44,065 bases of DNA, from positions 1 to 44,065 of the forward strand of contig JBGATO010000031.1 of the NCBI GenBank assembly GCA_044229145.1, given 5' to 3'. Origin of the DNA: Candidatus Eiseniibacteriota bacterium (GTDB taxonomy: Bacteria; Eisenbacteria; RBG-16-71-46; CAZEPH01). Shown piece after piece: positions 25,116 to 35,095 of the stretch (position 1 is the stretch's first letter; each line of letters opens with the position of its first letter). Under the pieces are notes generated by a model, which did no database searches, had not been told where the DNA came from, and worked only from the letters and a program-made list of their open reading frames with translations. A program made the translations under genes and the position numbers.

Positions 25116-26480
25116 TTAGCGGCCGGCGGCGGCCGTGGTCGGCATCACCAGCCGGTTCACCAGGTCGCGCGTCCCGGTCACCTTCAGCTTGTCGAAGAAG
25201 AAGGCGAACTTGGCCTCGAGGTCGGCGTGGATCGCCTCGCGCGTCGACACCGGCAAGTCCCACAGCTGGCGCTTGAACGGCCCGGCGGCCTTCTTGCGCG
25301 TCTTGTAGTGGAACTGCTCGTCGGTCTCGCCGCCCTTGCGCTCGTCGCCGCAGTTGGCGTCGAGCCACGCGATGATCTCGGACTTGAGATCGGCCGGGAA
25401 CGCGGGGTGATCGTACATCTGGTTCTGGAAGCCGGTGGCCAAGTGGATCTCCCCGGTCTCCATCTTCGGAAAGGTGTCGAAGAGCTCGTCGGGGAGCGTC
25501 GAGGCACCGTGCTGCACCGCGCCGCACATGCCGTATTCGTCGCGGCCGATCACGCTCAGCTCGCGCAACACCTCGAAGTCGAGCTTGACCGCGGCGACGC
25601 TGCCGTCGGCCATCGGCACGCCGCCGTGGCTGGTGCCGGTCTGCACGCTGACCTTGCTCAAGCCGAGCATCCCGGCCGGCAACGCGGCGGCGTACTCGGC
25701 CATGAAGGCGCGCAGTTCCTCGGGGTTCGAGTTCTTGTGCCCGACCTCGCCGATCTCGCCGCCCACCGACACCGGCATCCCGGCCGGCTCGAGCGAGCGG
25801 ACGTGCTGCGTGAGCCGCGCGCACACCTGGCCGTTGAGCCGCTGCTGCTCGCGCACCGTGGGGAAGCTGAGATCCACCAGCGTCGACGAGTCGATGTCGA
25901 TGTTGTAGTACTCGGCCGCGATCGCCTGGGCGATCAGTTCGCGCAGGCCGGCCTCTTCCTTCTCGGCGTCGGCGGCGTAGCGCTTGGCGTTGGCCTGGTA
26001 GTGGTCGCCCTGGATGAACACCGGGCCTTCCCACCCTTCGGCGATCGCCGCGGCGAGGATGACGGCGGAGAACTCGCTGCACGTCTGCTCGGTGTAGCCC
26101 ATCTCGCTGCGCGCCAGCTCGAAGATGAAGGCGCCGGTGTTCGACTTGGCGGCGGCGCGGAAGACGGCGCGCGCGAAGTCGTAGGTGTTGAACCGCACGT
26201 TGATGGCCGGCACGGTGAAGCCGGAGACCTCGCCGCGGCCGCGCGCCGCGTAGAGCGGCTGGATCGACGCCGAGTGCGCGCCGGCGGCACGCGCCAGGGC
26301 GCGGATCAAGTTCTGGGTCGAGGTGCGCAGCTCGGCGTCGCGGGCGAACACCGCGGTGCGGACGACGCGGGTGATCGCCGCGCGCAAGGCGGCGGCGTCG
26401 CGCACGGTCACGGTCGATCCGTCGATCGCGACGGCAGGGGCCAAGGCAGCGTACAACTCGGCCTGGGAGGCGAACGGCAT
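25116..26480 (-). CDS. Class II fructose-bisphosphate aldolase family protein, long form
   Basis: FTVPAIN, FIQGDH, IDIDSS, GGEIGEVG, VQTGTSHGG, AVQHGASTLP, EIHLAT. ATG 26480 with AAGGAG; adjacent to fbp. Confidence 0.9.
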   Translation of the reverse strand: MPFASQAELYAALAPAVAIDGSTVTVRDAAALRAAITRVVRTAVFARDAELRTSTQNLIRALARAAGAHSASIQPLYAARGRGEVSGFTVPAINVRFNTYDFARAVFRAAAKSNTGAFIFELARSEMGYTEQTCSEFSAVILAAAIAEGWEGPVFIQGDHYQANAKRYAADAEKEEAGLRELIAQAIAAEYYNIDIDSSTLVDLSFPTVREQQRLNGQVCARLTQHVRSLEPAGMPVSVGGEIGEVGHKNSNPEELRAFMAEYAAALPAGMLGLSKVSVQTGTSHGGVPMADGSVAAVKLDFEVLRELSVIGRDEYGMCGAVQHGASTLPDELFDTFPKMETGEIHLATGFQNQMYDHPAFPADLKSEIIAWLDANCGDERKGGETDEQFHYKTRKKAAGPFKRQLWDLPVSTREAIHADLEAKFAFFFDKLKVTGTRDLVNRLVMPTTAAAGR

Positions 26481-26638
26481 TGCGGACTCCTTCATCGAGA
26501 AGATGACAGCGGCGCCCCGGGCGGGGCGACACGCGGGCGGGAGCGACCACGCTCACACCGCCCAGCCTCGCAGACTACCCGCGGCCCCGGAGGAGGGTCA
26601 AGCAAGCCAAGGGCGACCCGCGGGACCGGCGGCCGCGC

Positions 26639-27781
26639 CTACGTCTCGCAAAACGTCGTAATCGTCATCGTCTGGTTGTGCAGCTCGCAGCGGGCGTGCG
26701 GCGAGAACGGCGCGATTTCGCCGTAGGAGTAGAAGCCGGTGAGCACCGGACGCGTCCCGAGCACCTCGCGCACGCCGCCGACTTCCTCTTCGACGCGGCC
26801 CTTGAGCACCATCTTGCGGCCGACGCAGGAGATCAGCACCGCGAGGTCGGCCGGGTGGTCGGCGAGGCCGACCCGCGTGGTCTGCGCGGCGCCGGCGGCG
26901 CCGTCGATCAGGCGGTCGAAGTTCGCCTTCATGAGCCGGGCGTAGGTGCCTTCCGGGACGTCGCCGGCGAAGGTCATGCTGCCGGCCGCCTCGTCGATCG
27001 CCAGGATCGTGCGGACGACCGGGTGCAGGCAGTCGGCCAGGCGCACGCTGAGCGGGTAGAGCAGGCCGGTGGCGGGCAGGCCGTCGGCGAGTTCGCCGAG
27101 GTACATGCGATAGAGGTCGAGCACCGGGCGGCCGTCGAGTTCGTACAGGACGTTGCCGCGCGATTTGGTGACCAGCCGTTCCGGGCCGAACGAGTCCCAG
27201 CCGCCGAGCGAGCCGTAGCCGACGTGCAGCCGCGTGCCGTACAGCCCGACCGCGGCGACCAAGTTGCTGCGCGGCGCCGGGTCATCGCCCAAGACGAGCG
27301 TGGTCTGGAAACGCGAGCCGTCGCCCGAGAGGCCGCCGGTGGCGGTGACGTGCGAGGGCAGCCGCGAGGTGATACCGCGCACCAACTCCGAGCCGTTCAC
27401 GCACAAGCCATCCGACAACACGAAGACGTGGACGAGGTCCTCGGACGGCAGCTGGTCGATGAGCGCGACGCCGGCCTCGAACGAGCGCGCCGGATCGGCG
27501 ATGTTGACCTGCGCCCCGGCCACCCGCGAGTGCTCGAAGGCGACCGCGGTCACCGTCAGCGTGTCGTCGGCCACCGATTCCTGGGCGATCTCGCCGGCGG
27601 TGGAGCACCCGAGCAGGTGCGCCTGCGGATAGGCGGCGCGCACGTCGGCCACCAAGCTGGGCTGCACGAGGATCTCGGGCGAGGCAAAGACGAGCACGAG
27701 CTGCGCGGACGCGCCCAACTGCCCCACCGGTTTTGGCGCCCAGCCGTGGCTCGCCGTCCATGTCGACTGCTCGACCTTCAT
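26639..27781 (-). CDS. FIST N/C domain sensory protein
   Basis: LLGCSTAGEI, LSDGLCVNG, GGLSGD, GGWDSFG, NVLYELDG, ISCVGR, GFYSYGEI, LHNQTMT. Confidence 0.92.
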   Translation of the reverse strand: MKVEQSTWTASHGWAPKPVGQLGASAQLVLVFASPEILVQPSLVADVRAAYPQAHLLGCSTAGEIAQESVADDTLTVTAVAFEHSRVAGAQVNIADPARSFEAGVALIDQLPSEDLVHVFVLSDGLCVNGSELVRGITSRLPSHVTATGGLSGDGSRFQTTLVLGDDPAPRSNLVAAVGLYGTRLHVGYGSLGGWDSFGPERLVTKSRGNVLYELDGRPVLDLYRMYLGELADGLPATGLLYPLSVRLADCLHPVVRTILAIDEAAGSMTFAGDVPEGTYARLMKANFDRLIDGAAGAAQTTRVGLADHPADLAVLISCVGRKMVLKGRVEEEVGGVREVLGTRPVLTGFYSYGEIAPFSPHARCELHNQTMTITTFCET

Positions 27782-27884
27782 CGGGGACTCCCTGAGGACA
27801 CTGTGGTGCCGGTCGCCAAGCCCTTGGCGCCGCACACCTTCCACCGGCAAGGGTTGTCGGCGTATCGAGTCCTCTTCACAAGTA

Positions 27885-28937
27885 TTACTTCGGAGCGGCT
27901 GCCGTGCCGGCGCGGGATTCCGCACGGGCGGCGTAGCGGGCGGCAAAGACACCGGCCCCAAGGAGATGGAGCCCCAGGGCACCGTAACCGAGCAGCGCCC
28001 GCGCCGCCGGCACCCCGGAGGGCACCGCCGTGGCGCTCGTGGTCAGCCATGCGCCGACGTAGGCGTACACCGTGAAGGCCGCCGCGAGGGCGAGCAATGG
28101 GACCGCGGTCCCCCACGGATCCGTCCGCCACATCGCCGCCGCGCGGCGCAGTCCCGCCGGCAGCGAGCAGCGATCGGCAACCAGCACCACCGGCACCCAC
28201 GCCACCGCGGCACGCACGCTCAGCGCCACCAGCACGCCGGCGCGCGCCAGCCGGACCGCGGACGGATGCAGCCCGGGATGCATCAGGAATCGCGCCTGGG
28301 CCAGCAGCACCAGCGCGAAGCCCGCGGTGAGCGCCAGCTCCCACAGCAAGAGGCCGGGAAGCGCCGGCGCCGCGCGCCACGTCGCCTGCGAGAGCGAGTC
28401 GTACCGCTGGGGATGGAGCCACAGCGTCACCACCTGCGCCGTGTACAGCGTCTGGGTGAGGGCGATGGCGGGCACCGTGAGCAACAACACGCGCGGGCCC
28501 GCGGCCGCCGGGCCGAGCACCCACCCCGCCGCCGTCCCGCCGAGGAACGCGACGAACGCCAGCAACCACACCCACGCCAGCGCCCGCGGATCGGCGAACG
28601 GCCCGGCGAACGGCTCCACCAAATCGTCCACCTCGCGCCGCGCGCGCCACAACACGATGCCCTCGGCGATCAACAACAGCGCGAACCCGCCGACCGCCGG
28701 CATCGCCTGCACGTGCCCGAGGACGTACGGCGCCACCGCTTTGAGCGACGGCAGGTGATGCACCGCCCGCGCCCCGCGTGCCACGCCGTGCGCCCCGCCG
28801 CCGCCGAGCCCGAGCCGCAGTTGCAGCGCGGTGTAGGCGAGCGCCGGCAGCACCCACAGACTGGTGCGCGATCTGGCCAGCCGCCGCGCCTCACGCAGCA
28901 ACCGGACGAACGCCGGCGAGGGACGCGCTGTCGTCAT
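27885..28937 (-). CDS. Hypothetical multi-pass membrane protein
   Basis: About 8 hydrophobic Leu/Ala-rich segments; starts 8 nt after the upstream stop. Confidence 0.65.
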   Translation of the reverse strand: MTTARPSPAFVRLLREARRLARSRTSLWVLPALAYTALQLRLGLGGGGAHGVARGARAVHHLPSLKAVAPYVLGHVQAMPAVGGFALLLIAEGIVLWRARREVDDLVEPFAGPFADPRALAWVWLLAFVAFLGGTAAGWVLGPAAAGPRVLLLTVPAIALTQTLYTAQVVTLWLHPQRYDSLSQATWRAAPALPGLLLWELALTAGFALVLLAQARFLMHPGLHPSAVRLARAGVLVALSVRAAVAWVPVVLVADRCSLPAGLRRAAAMWRTDPWGTAVPLLALAAAFTVYAYVGAWLTTSATAVPSGVPAARALLGYGALGLHLLGAGVFAARYAARAESRAGTAAAPK

Positions 28938-28944
28938 CGCTTCC

Positions 28945-29751
28945 CTACGGTGCGGCGACCGGCGCCGGCGACGACCAGGCGCTCGCCGGCAGCGTGCCGA
29001 GGTACGCGAGGTCGCGGAACTCGATGCGCCGCGGCCCGCCGTGTCCGTCGCGACGCATCGGCGCGAGGCGGATCGGCCCGACTTGCTTCCAGTCGTCCCA
29101 CCACCACAGGCCTTCGTCGTGGTCCGGGCCTTCGAGGACGTAGCGCCACTTCTCCATCACGTGCGACGCGGCGTTGATGTAGGCCCAGTAGGTGTCCCCC
29201 GGCGTCAGGCCGACGTGGTCGAAGGTAAGGCGCACGCGGTGGTAGCGCACGCCGACCTCCAACGTGTCGCCGTCGTCGTGCAGCGTGACGCCGGGATCGC
29301 GCAGCTTGTACGGCATGCACAGCCAGTAGCTGTCGTTCGTCCACAGGGCGAAGCCGCGGTCGGCCCACGAGGCGGAGTCGGCGCCGGCCTGCGCGACGCC
29401 ATCGACCCACGCATGGCCCTGCCGCGTCGCGATGTCGGTGACGACGCAGTAGCGCTGGCCGGCGCGGTTGGTGCCTTCGACGCGATTGCGGCCATGGCGC
29501 TTGTCCCAGTAGTGGGTGCGGCTGGTGAGCACCGTGTCGCCCTTGGTGACGACGAAGGCGAAGCGCACGACGCCGAGACTGTCCCAGGCGGCTTGGCCGC
29601 CGAGCGCGTCCATCATCTCGGAGGCGTAGCGGACGGCGGCGGGATCGGAGGCGGCGCGGGCAGCGCACGGCGCGGCGAGCCCGGCGAGCAGGCACACGAG
29701 CGCGGCGGCGCGGGGCAGCCAGCGGTCCGCGCGAAAGGTCACGTCGACCAC
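28945..29751 (-). CDS. Exported hypothetical protein
   Basis: GTG start with GGAG; signal peptide; MMDALGGQAAW...RTHYWDK...WTNDSYWLCMPYKLRDPGVTL...VGLTPGDTYW. Confidence 0.75.
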   Translation of the reverse strand: MVDVTFRADRWLPRAAALVCLLAGLAAPCAARAASDPAAVRYASEMMDALGGQAAWDSLGVVRFAFVVTKGDTVLTSRTHYWDKRHGRNRVEGTNRAGQRYCVVTDIATRQGHAWVDGVAQAGADSASWADRGFALWTNDSYWLCMPYKLRDPGVTLHDDGDTLEVGVRYHRVRLTFDHVGLTPGDTYWAYINAASHVMEKWRYVLEGPDHDEGLWWWDDWKQVGPIRLAPMRRDGHGGPRRIEFRDLAYLGTLPASAWSSPAPVAAP

Positions 29752-29962
29752 AGAGGTATCTCCATCGAGGGCGAACGAGCGGGCGCGGAGGAGGCCGGAG
29801 GTTCGGTGCCGCAAGACCTTACGGACGCGCGCCAGGAGCGTCAAGCGCACCGGGTCCGCGCCCGGCGCGGCGCGTTCCGCCGCGGCGAGCGCTCTGCTAT
29901 GCTGCGGCCCATTCGCAATCGTTCCATCCCGCTTCGTCCATCCCGTCGTCGAGGAGACCAGC

Positions 29963-31198
29963 ATGCAGGGAATTCTGACCGCCGAGAACTTGGAGTGGCG
30001 CGCGCGCGCGCGTGAGGTCGCCGAGACCGTGGTGCGCCCGCTGGCGGCGAAGTACGACCGGCTCCAGGAGTACCCCTGGGAAATCAAGGAAGCGATGCAG
30101 AAGGCCGGCCTGTTCGGCGTGTGGATCCCGAAGGAATACGGCGGCCACGGCGGCGGCGTGCTCAACCTCTGCCTCATCGTCGAGGAGTTGTCGCGCGCCT
30201 GCGGCGGCGTCGGTGTGATGTTCGCGGTGAACGCGCTCGGCTCGTTCCCGATCATCGTCGGCGGCACCGAGGAGCAGAAGAAGTACTGGCTCCCGAAGAT
30301 CGCCTCGGGCGAGAAGCTCATCGCCTTCTGCTTGTCCGAGAAGTACGCCGGCTCCGATGCGCAATCGCTGCGCACGCCGGCGGTGCAGGACGGCGACGAC
30401 TGGATCATCAACGGCGAGAAGAAGTGGACGACCAACGGCGGCGCCGCGGATCTCTACACCGTGTTCTGCGTCACCGACCCCAACTCGAAGTCGCGCCGCA
30501 TCTCGGCGTTCCTGGTGGAGAAGACGGCGCCGGGCTTCTCCGTGGGTAAGGTCGAGGACAAGATGGGCATTCGCTGCGTGCCGGTGGTCGAGACGGTGTT
30601 CAACAACGTCCGCGTCCACAAGTCGCAGCTGCTCGGCGGCGAGCCGGGTCATGGCTTCAAGCACGCGATGGGCACGCTCGACCTCGCGCGGCCGGGCGTC
30701 GCGTCGCAGGCGGTCGGTCTGGCGGCCGGCGCGCTCGAGTACGCGCAGGTCTACGCGACGCGCCGCCGGCAGTTCGGCGCGCCGATCTCGTCGTTCCAGA
30801 TGGTGCAGAAGCTGCTCGCCGACATGGCGACCCGCACCGAGGCCGCGCGCCAGTTGGTGTGGGCCACCGCGAAGATGCTCGACGCCGGCGCCCCGAACAC
30901 CTCGAAGATGGCCGCGATGTCGAAGCTGTTCGCCACCGACACCGCGATGGAGGTGACGACCAACGCGGTGCAGATCTTCGGCGGCTACGGCTTCATGCGC
31001 GACTACCCGGTCGAGAAGTACATGCGCGACGCCAAGATCACGCAGATCTACGAAGGCACCAACCAGGTGCAGTCGCTGGTGGTCGCGCGCTCGCTGGTGC
31101 GCGAGGCGGGCCAGCTGGCGGGCCTGCTCGACAAGTACATCCCGACCGAAGAGCAGATGGGCGTAACCGCGGCGGACTTGGTGGGCGCGTCGTCGTAA
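29963..31198 (+). CDS. Acyl-CoA dehydrogenase
   Basis: AFCLSEKYAGSDA, INGEKKWTTNG, EDKMGIR, RRQFG, QIFGGYGFMRDYPVEKYMRDAKITQIYEGTNQ; GAGGAG RBS. Confidence 0.96.
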   Translation: MQGILTAENLEWRARAREVAETVVRPLAAKYDRLQEYPWEIKEAMQKAGLFGVWIPKEYGGHGGGVLNLCLIVEELSRACGGVGVMFAVNALGSFPIIVGGTEEQKKYWLPKIASGEKLIAFCLSEKYAGSDAQSLRTPAVQDGDDWIINGEKKWTTNGGAADLYTVFCVTDPNSKSRRISAFLVEKTAPGFSVGKVEDKMGIRCVPVVETVFNNVRVHKSQLLGGEPGHGFKHAMGTLDLARPGVASQAVGLAAGALEYAQVYATRRRQFGAPISSFQMVQKLLADMATRTEAARQLVWATAKMLDAGAPNTSKMAAMSKLFATDTAMEVTTNAVQIFGGYGFMRDYPVEKYMRDAKITQIYEGTNQVQSLVVARSLVREAGQLAGLLDKYIPTEEQMGVTAADLVGASS

Positions 31199-31221
31199 GC
31201 ACCCGCGTCACGGCAACCCAC

Positions 31222-31257
31222 GCGCCCCGCGACGTCGCTGTCGCGGGGCGCTGTCGT
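31222..31257 (+). terminator. Probable terminator after the acyl-CoA dehydrogenase
   Basis: 12-bp stem GCGCCCCGCGAC / GTCGCGGGGCGC followed by TGTCGTT (weak U-tract). Confidence 0.55.
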
Positions 31258-31321
31258 TGGGGAGACGCTCACGGCGCGCATGGATCTCGCCACACGGCCG
31301 CCGCGCGTGCCACACTGCCGC

Positions 31322-32215
31322 ATGGCTGAAACGACTTCCACCACGGCGCGTCACGCCACGTGGCGCGCCGATCTCATGCTGGCGATCGCCACCGCGATTT
31401 GGGGCGTGTCCTTCGCGATCATCAAGACCGGGGTCGCCGAGCTCGATCCGTTGGTGTTCCTGGCGATCCGCTTCGGCGTCGGCGCGCTGGTGTACGTGCT
31501 GGTCTTCGCGCGCCACATGCGGCCCACCCGCACCGACCTCGTGTGGGGTCTCTTCCTCGGCGTCATCATGTGGGCCGGCAACGTTCTGCAGACGGTCGGC
31601 CTCGCCGAGATCTCGCCGGCGCGCTCGGCCTTCCTCACCGCGCTCAACGTGCTCGGCGTGCCGCTGCTCATGCTGGCGGTTTGGCGGCAGCGCGTGTCGT
31701 CCATGGTGTGGTTGTCGATCGTGCTCGCGTGCGCAGGGCTCGTGGTGCTGTATTGGACGAGCGCCGGCTTCTCGATGCGGCGCGGCGATCTGCTCACGCT
31801 CGGCTGCGCGGCGGTGTTCTCGGCACACATCCTCGTCATGTCGTCGGGCGGCAAACGCGCGCGGCCGCTGACGATGTGCGGCGTGCAACTGGTGATCGCC
31901 GGGATCGGCATGGTGGCACTCTTGCCGCTCGGCCTCCACGGCGCGCCGCTCGGCGAAACGGTGCGTCACATCTCGCGCGCCACCTGGTGGGGCTTGGCGT
32001 GGCTGACCACCGCGGGCACCGTGGTGTCCTTCGCGCTGCAGGCGAAGTTCCAGCCGATGACGACGCCGACGCGCGCGGCGGTGATCTTCACGATGGAGCC
32101 GGTGTTCGCCACCGCGTGCGCGGCGATCCTGCTCGGCACCACGCTGACGCTGCGCGACGCGATCGGCTGCGGAATGTTGCTGGTCGCGGTGGGCGTGGCG
32201 GAGTTGCGACGCTAG
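31322..32215 (+). CDS. DMT/EamA family transporter
   Basis: IWGVSFAIIK, LAIRF, LQTVGL, SAFLTAL, GDLLTL, AAVIFTMEPVFA; about 10 TM segments. Confidence 0.92.
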   Translation: MAETTSTTARHATWRADLMLAIATAIWGVSFAIIKTGVAELDPLVFLAIRFGVGALVYVLVFARHMRPTRTDLVWGLFLGVIMWAGNVLQTVGLAEISPARSAFLTALNVLGVPLLMLAVWRQRVSSMVWLSIVLACAGLVVLYWTSAGFSMRRGDLLTLGCAAVFSAHILVMSSGGKRARPLTMCGVQLVIAGIGMVALLPLGLHGAPLGETVRHISRATWWGLAWLTTAGTVVSFALQAKFQPMTTPTRAAVIFTMEPVFATACAAILLGTTLTLRDAIGCGMLLVAVGVAELRR

Positions 32216-32222
32216 CCGCCGC

Positions 32223-32519
32223 CTAGAGCAGCGGCACCTGTTCGACGCTCGCCCGGACGTCGAGCGCGCCGTCGTCCGCCTTCGACACGTCGATGAACGG
32301 CGTCGCCTGCGGGTCGATGTCGAGTGTGGTGGCGCGACCGTGGCCGAGCGCGACGCGCAGGCGCACCCGCGGCGCGTCGATGTCCACATCGAAACTGGCG
32401 GCGTGCGAAATCGTGAGATCGGTGGTCACGCCGGCGCGATGAAACACCACGCGCTCGTCGATGCCGACCAGCACGGTGTCGCCGCGAAAGCCGTCCCGCA
32501 ACGCGATGTGCATGCGCAT
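32223..32519 (-). CDS. Small hypothetical beta-rich protein
   Basis: 98-aa ORF preceded by GAGGAGG; co-oriented downstream of the metalloprotease-like gene. Confidence 0.7.
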   Translation of the reverse strand: MRMHIALRDGFRGDTVLVGIDERVVFHRAGVTTDLTISHAASFDVDIDAPRVRLRVALGHGRATTLDIDPQATPFIDVSKADDGALDVRASVEQVPLL

Positions 32520-32610
32520 GGTGTCCTCCTCGCTGCCGATGTGGACCGCGGTGCCGCGCCGGGCAGATTTCCGCCGCCCGGCGCGGCGATGCGGTGCAGT
32601 GATGTCGGAA

Positions 32611-34704
32611 CTAGCCGCGGTGTCCCGCGGCCGTCAGCGCGGCGCGCGTCTTGTCCGCCGCCGCCTTGTTGCCGGTGAGCGCCTGCACGTCGGCGAGCGC
32701 GGTGAGCGTCTGCTGCGTCGTCGTCGGGTCCAGCACGCCGGACTCCGCCACCGCGGCCAGCAACCGCGCGCTCTCGTCGTGATGCGGCTTGCGCACCGTG
32801 AGCGTGTTCTCGGTGCCGATGGTCTTGAACTCACGCTTGGCGTTCATGCCGTGGAGCAGCCGCACGTACGTCGCCATCGGGTGCTTGCCGTACTTCTCGA
32901 GCACCTCGTCGAACGCGTAGTTGCCGCGCCGCAGACTCTCGGCATCCGACCCGAGCAGGTAGAGCAACGTGCCCTGCTCGTCGCCCATGAACAAATCGGC
33001 GATCGCTTCATCCGCCGCGGTCACCGGGTAGCGCACGCGCAGCGCCAACACGTCGGAGTAGATCTCCGAACCGTCGAGCGCCGCGTACGCCGCGCGAATC
33101 TTGTACGTACCCGGCTGGTCGAAGTAGAGCCCGTCCTTGCCGTAGCCGATGTACGCACTGTCGGTGATCGGCATGTCGAGGGTGAGGGTGGTCGTGCGCG
33201 GACCCACCAAGTGGTCGATGAGCGGCTTGTACGCCACCACCTCGCCGTTCGGCTTGCCGATCACGATCTTCACCATGCCGCAATTCGGGTGCAGCCAGGT
33301 GTGCGCCTCGCGGCCGTCCTTCATCTGGGTCGACAACGCGAGTTCGAGCACCACCGGCTCACCCAGCGCGAAACTCTTCTGGTGCGTCGACAGCGTGAGC
33401 GTGAGACCGGAGTCGTCGCGCTCCTGCGTCGCCAGGATTTCACGGCCGAGCGCCGCGCCCTGCGTGAAGTTGTTGCCGCCCATGATCACCGCGTTGCGCG
33501 GCGCGTGCCGCAGGTGCAGCAACTCCTCGTTGTCGAACTGGAACGGGAACGCGGCCCAGAAGCCTGCCGCCCCGCCGGCCGGGTAGTACCACGGGTAGTT
33601 CATCCACGACAGCGCCGACGGCCGGTTGGTCTGCGGCGGCACCGCGAGCGACTTCTGCCACGAGTGCATCAAGTTGAAGCAGTGCCCGAGCTCGTGGACG
33701 TAGGTGTACAGCTGCAAGCGCAGCTTGTCCGCGGTCACGCCGCCGATGCCCTGGTGGAACACCGCGCAGCCCTGCCGGTGCTTGCCCTGCTGATCGAACA
33801 TGATGCCGTACAGGCCCGAGCCGAGGTCGTGCAGCTGCGCGACGAGCTCCCACACCGCCCACTGCGCCTGGGTGCGGTACGCGGAGAAGTGGTGCTCCAT
33901 CGAGGCGTGCAGTTCGGCGTTGCTCCACTTGCGGTCGACGGCGTGGTCGATCGGGATCACGTCGCTGCCGGCAGTCGGCATCATCTGGATGCCCGCCTCG
34001 GCATAGGCACCGACCACGCTCAGGTTGCGCGCCGGCCCACCCGACGGCAACGCGCCGGTGTCGTACGCGGTGAACGCCGGCGTGGTGACGTCCGAGACGC
34101 GGTCGGTCTCGAGCCGCACGGTGCGGAAGTAGGCGGACTCGAAGGTGCACAGATACGTCGCGCCCGGCGCGCCCGCCGCGGTGAAGAACTGCACGGTGGC
34201 CGGTGCCTGCGGTTGCAGGATGGTGCGACGCGGAATCGTCACCTGCACCACCGGCGCGCTCGCCGGCATGGTGAACGAGCCCGTGCCCTTGATGGTGACG
34301 GCGGTGGTGGTCACCGTGATGCGCGGCGCATTGACGATGAACGAGCTCAGGTACGTCGTGGTGGCACCCAAGCGCTGGAAGAAGTCACCGCTGATGCGGT
34401 TGAGCGGACGCGTGCGGTCGACGTCGACGCGCAGCTCGAGCTCGAACGCGCCGGCAATTCCCCGGTAGCGTCCACTCACCGCGCGCTTGACCAGCGTGGG
34501 CACCGGAATCACCGGGCGCAGCGGGCGCGCCGGACGAATCGGCGAGGCCGCCAGTTCGTCCACGATGTCGGCAGTGTCGAGGTCGAGCGCCTCGCCGAGT
34601 TCCACATCGGCGGCGTCCGGCGTCATCAGGTCATCGAGAGACACGGGCTCGAAGCGCTCGTCTCCCGGGGTCACGTCCTCGTGGGTCGGATCTGCCTGCA
34701 ACAT
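32611..34704 (-). CDS. Putative metzincin-like zinc metalloprotease without a signal peptide
   Basis: VHELGHCFNLMH (HExxHxxxxxH) followed by the Met-turn-like LSWMNYP; acidic N-terminus; AAGGAG RBS. Confidence 0.7.
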   Translation of the reverse strand: MLQADPTHEDVTPGDERFEPVSLDDLMTPDAADVELGEALDLDTADIVDELAASPIRPARPLRPVIPVPTLVKRAVSGRYRGIAGAFELELRVDVDRTRPLNRISGDFFQRLGATTTYLSSFIVNAPRITVTTTAVTIKGTGSFTMPASAPVVQVTIPRRTILQPQAPATVQFFTAAGAPGATYLCTFESAYFRTVRLETDRVSDVTTPAFTAYDTGALPSGGPARNLSVVGAYAEAGIQMMPTAGSDVIPIDHAVDRKWSNAELHASMEHHFSAYRTQAQWAVWELVAQLHDLGSGLYGIMFDQQGKHRQGCAVFHQGIGGVTADKLRLQLYTYVHELGHCFNLMHSWQKSLAVPPQTNRPSALSWMNYPWYYPAGGAAGFWAAFPFQFDNEELLHLRHAPRNAVIMGGNNFTQGAALGREILATQERDDSGLTLTLSTHQKSFALGEPVVLELALSTQMKDGREAHTWLHPNCGMVKIVIGKPNGEVVAYKPLIDHLVGPRTTTLTLDMPITDSAYIGYGKDGLYFDQPGTYKIRAAYAALDGSEIYSDVLALRVRYPVTAADEAIADLFMGDEQGTLLYLLGSDAESLRRGNYAFDEVLEKYGKHPMATYVRLLHGMNAKREFKTIGTENTLTVRKPHHDESARLLAAVAESGVLDPTTTQQTLTALADVQALTGNKAAADKTRAALTAAGHRG

Positions 34705-35095
34705 GAGCGTCTCCTTATGTCTCCGGCCGGGCGCGCGGGAGCGTGCGGGGCGCGGCTACGTGTCGCGAGGCGGGGTCTCGCGCGAATCGTTCGGTCAACG
34801 CAATGCCGGCGAGGAGGGCGCGGCCCGCGGGAGATCTCCGACAACCTACGAGCGGACGCGGCGCGATGTCGCCGGGGCAGCCGGCTGTGGGGGACAGCCG
34901 GCACGTGTGTCACGCGAACGGAGGAGACTCCTCGGCGGCAGGGCAAGATGTAAGGGAGGCAGGCATGCGATCCGCCGCGTCCACGACGCAAGGGCGGAGT
35001 GTGCGCGTTTCGCGCCGCGCGTCACCTGCTCTTTGCGGAGAGGGCGTGCCTTCGACGAAGGGCGCGACGAGCGCGCCGATGGTGGCAGTGCCGGC

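Noticed and set aside
25021..26556. Apparent 854-aa FBPase with a long N-terminal extension
   Set aside because: The extension is an off-frame reading of the aldolase gene; fbp has its own RBS and ATG at 25020.
34705..35095. Intergenic gap of about 390 nt with short ORFs
   Set aside because: No convincing coding signal, RNA motif or strong repeat seen by eye.
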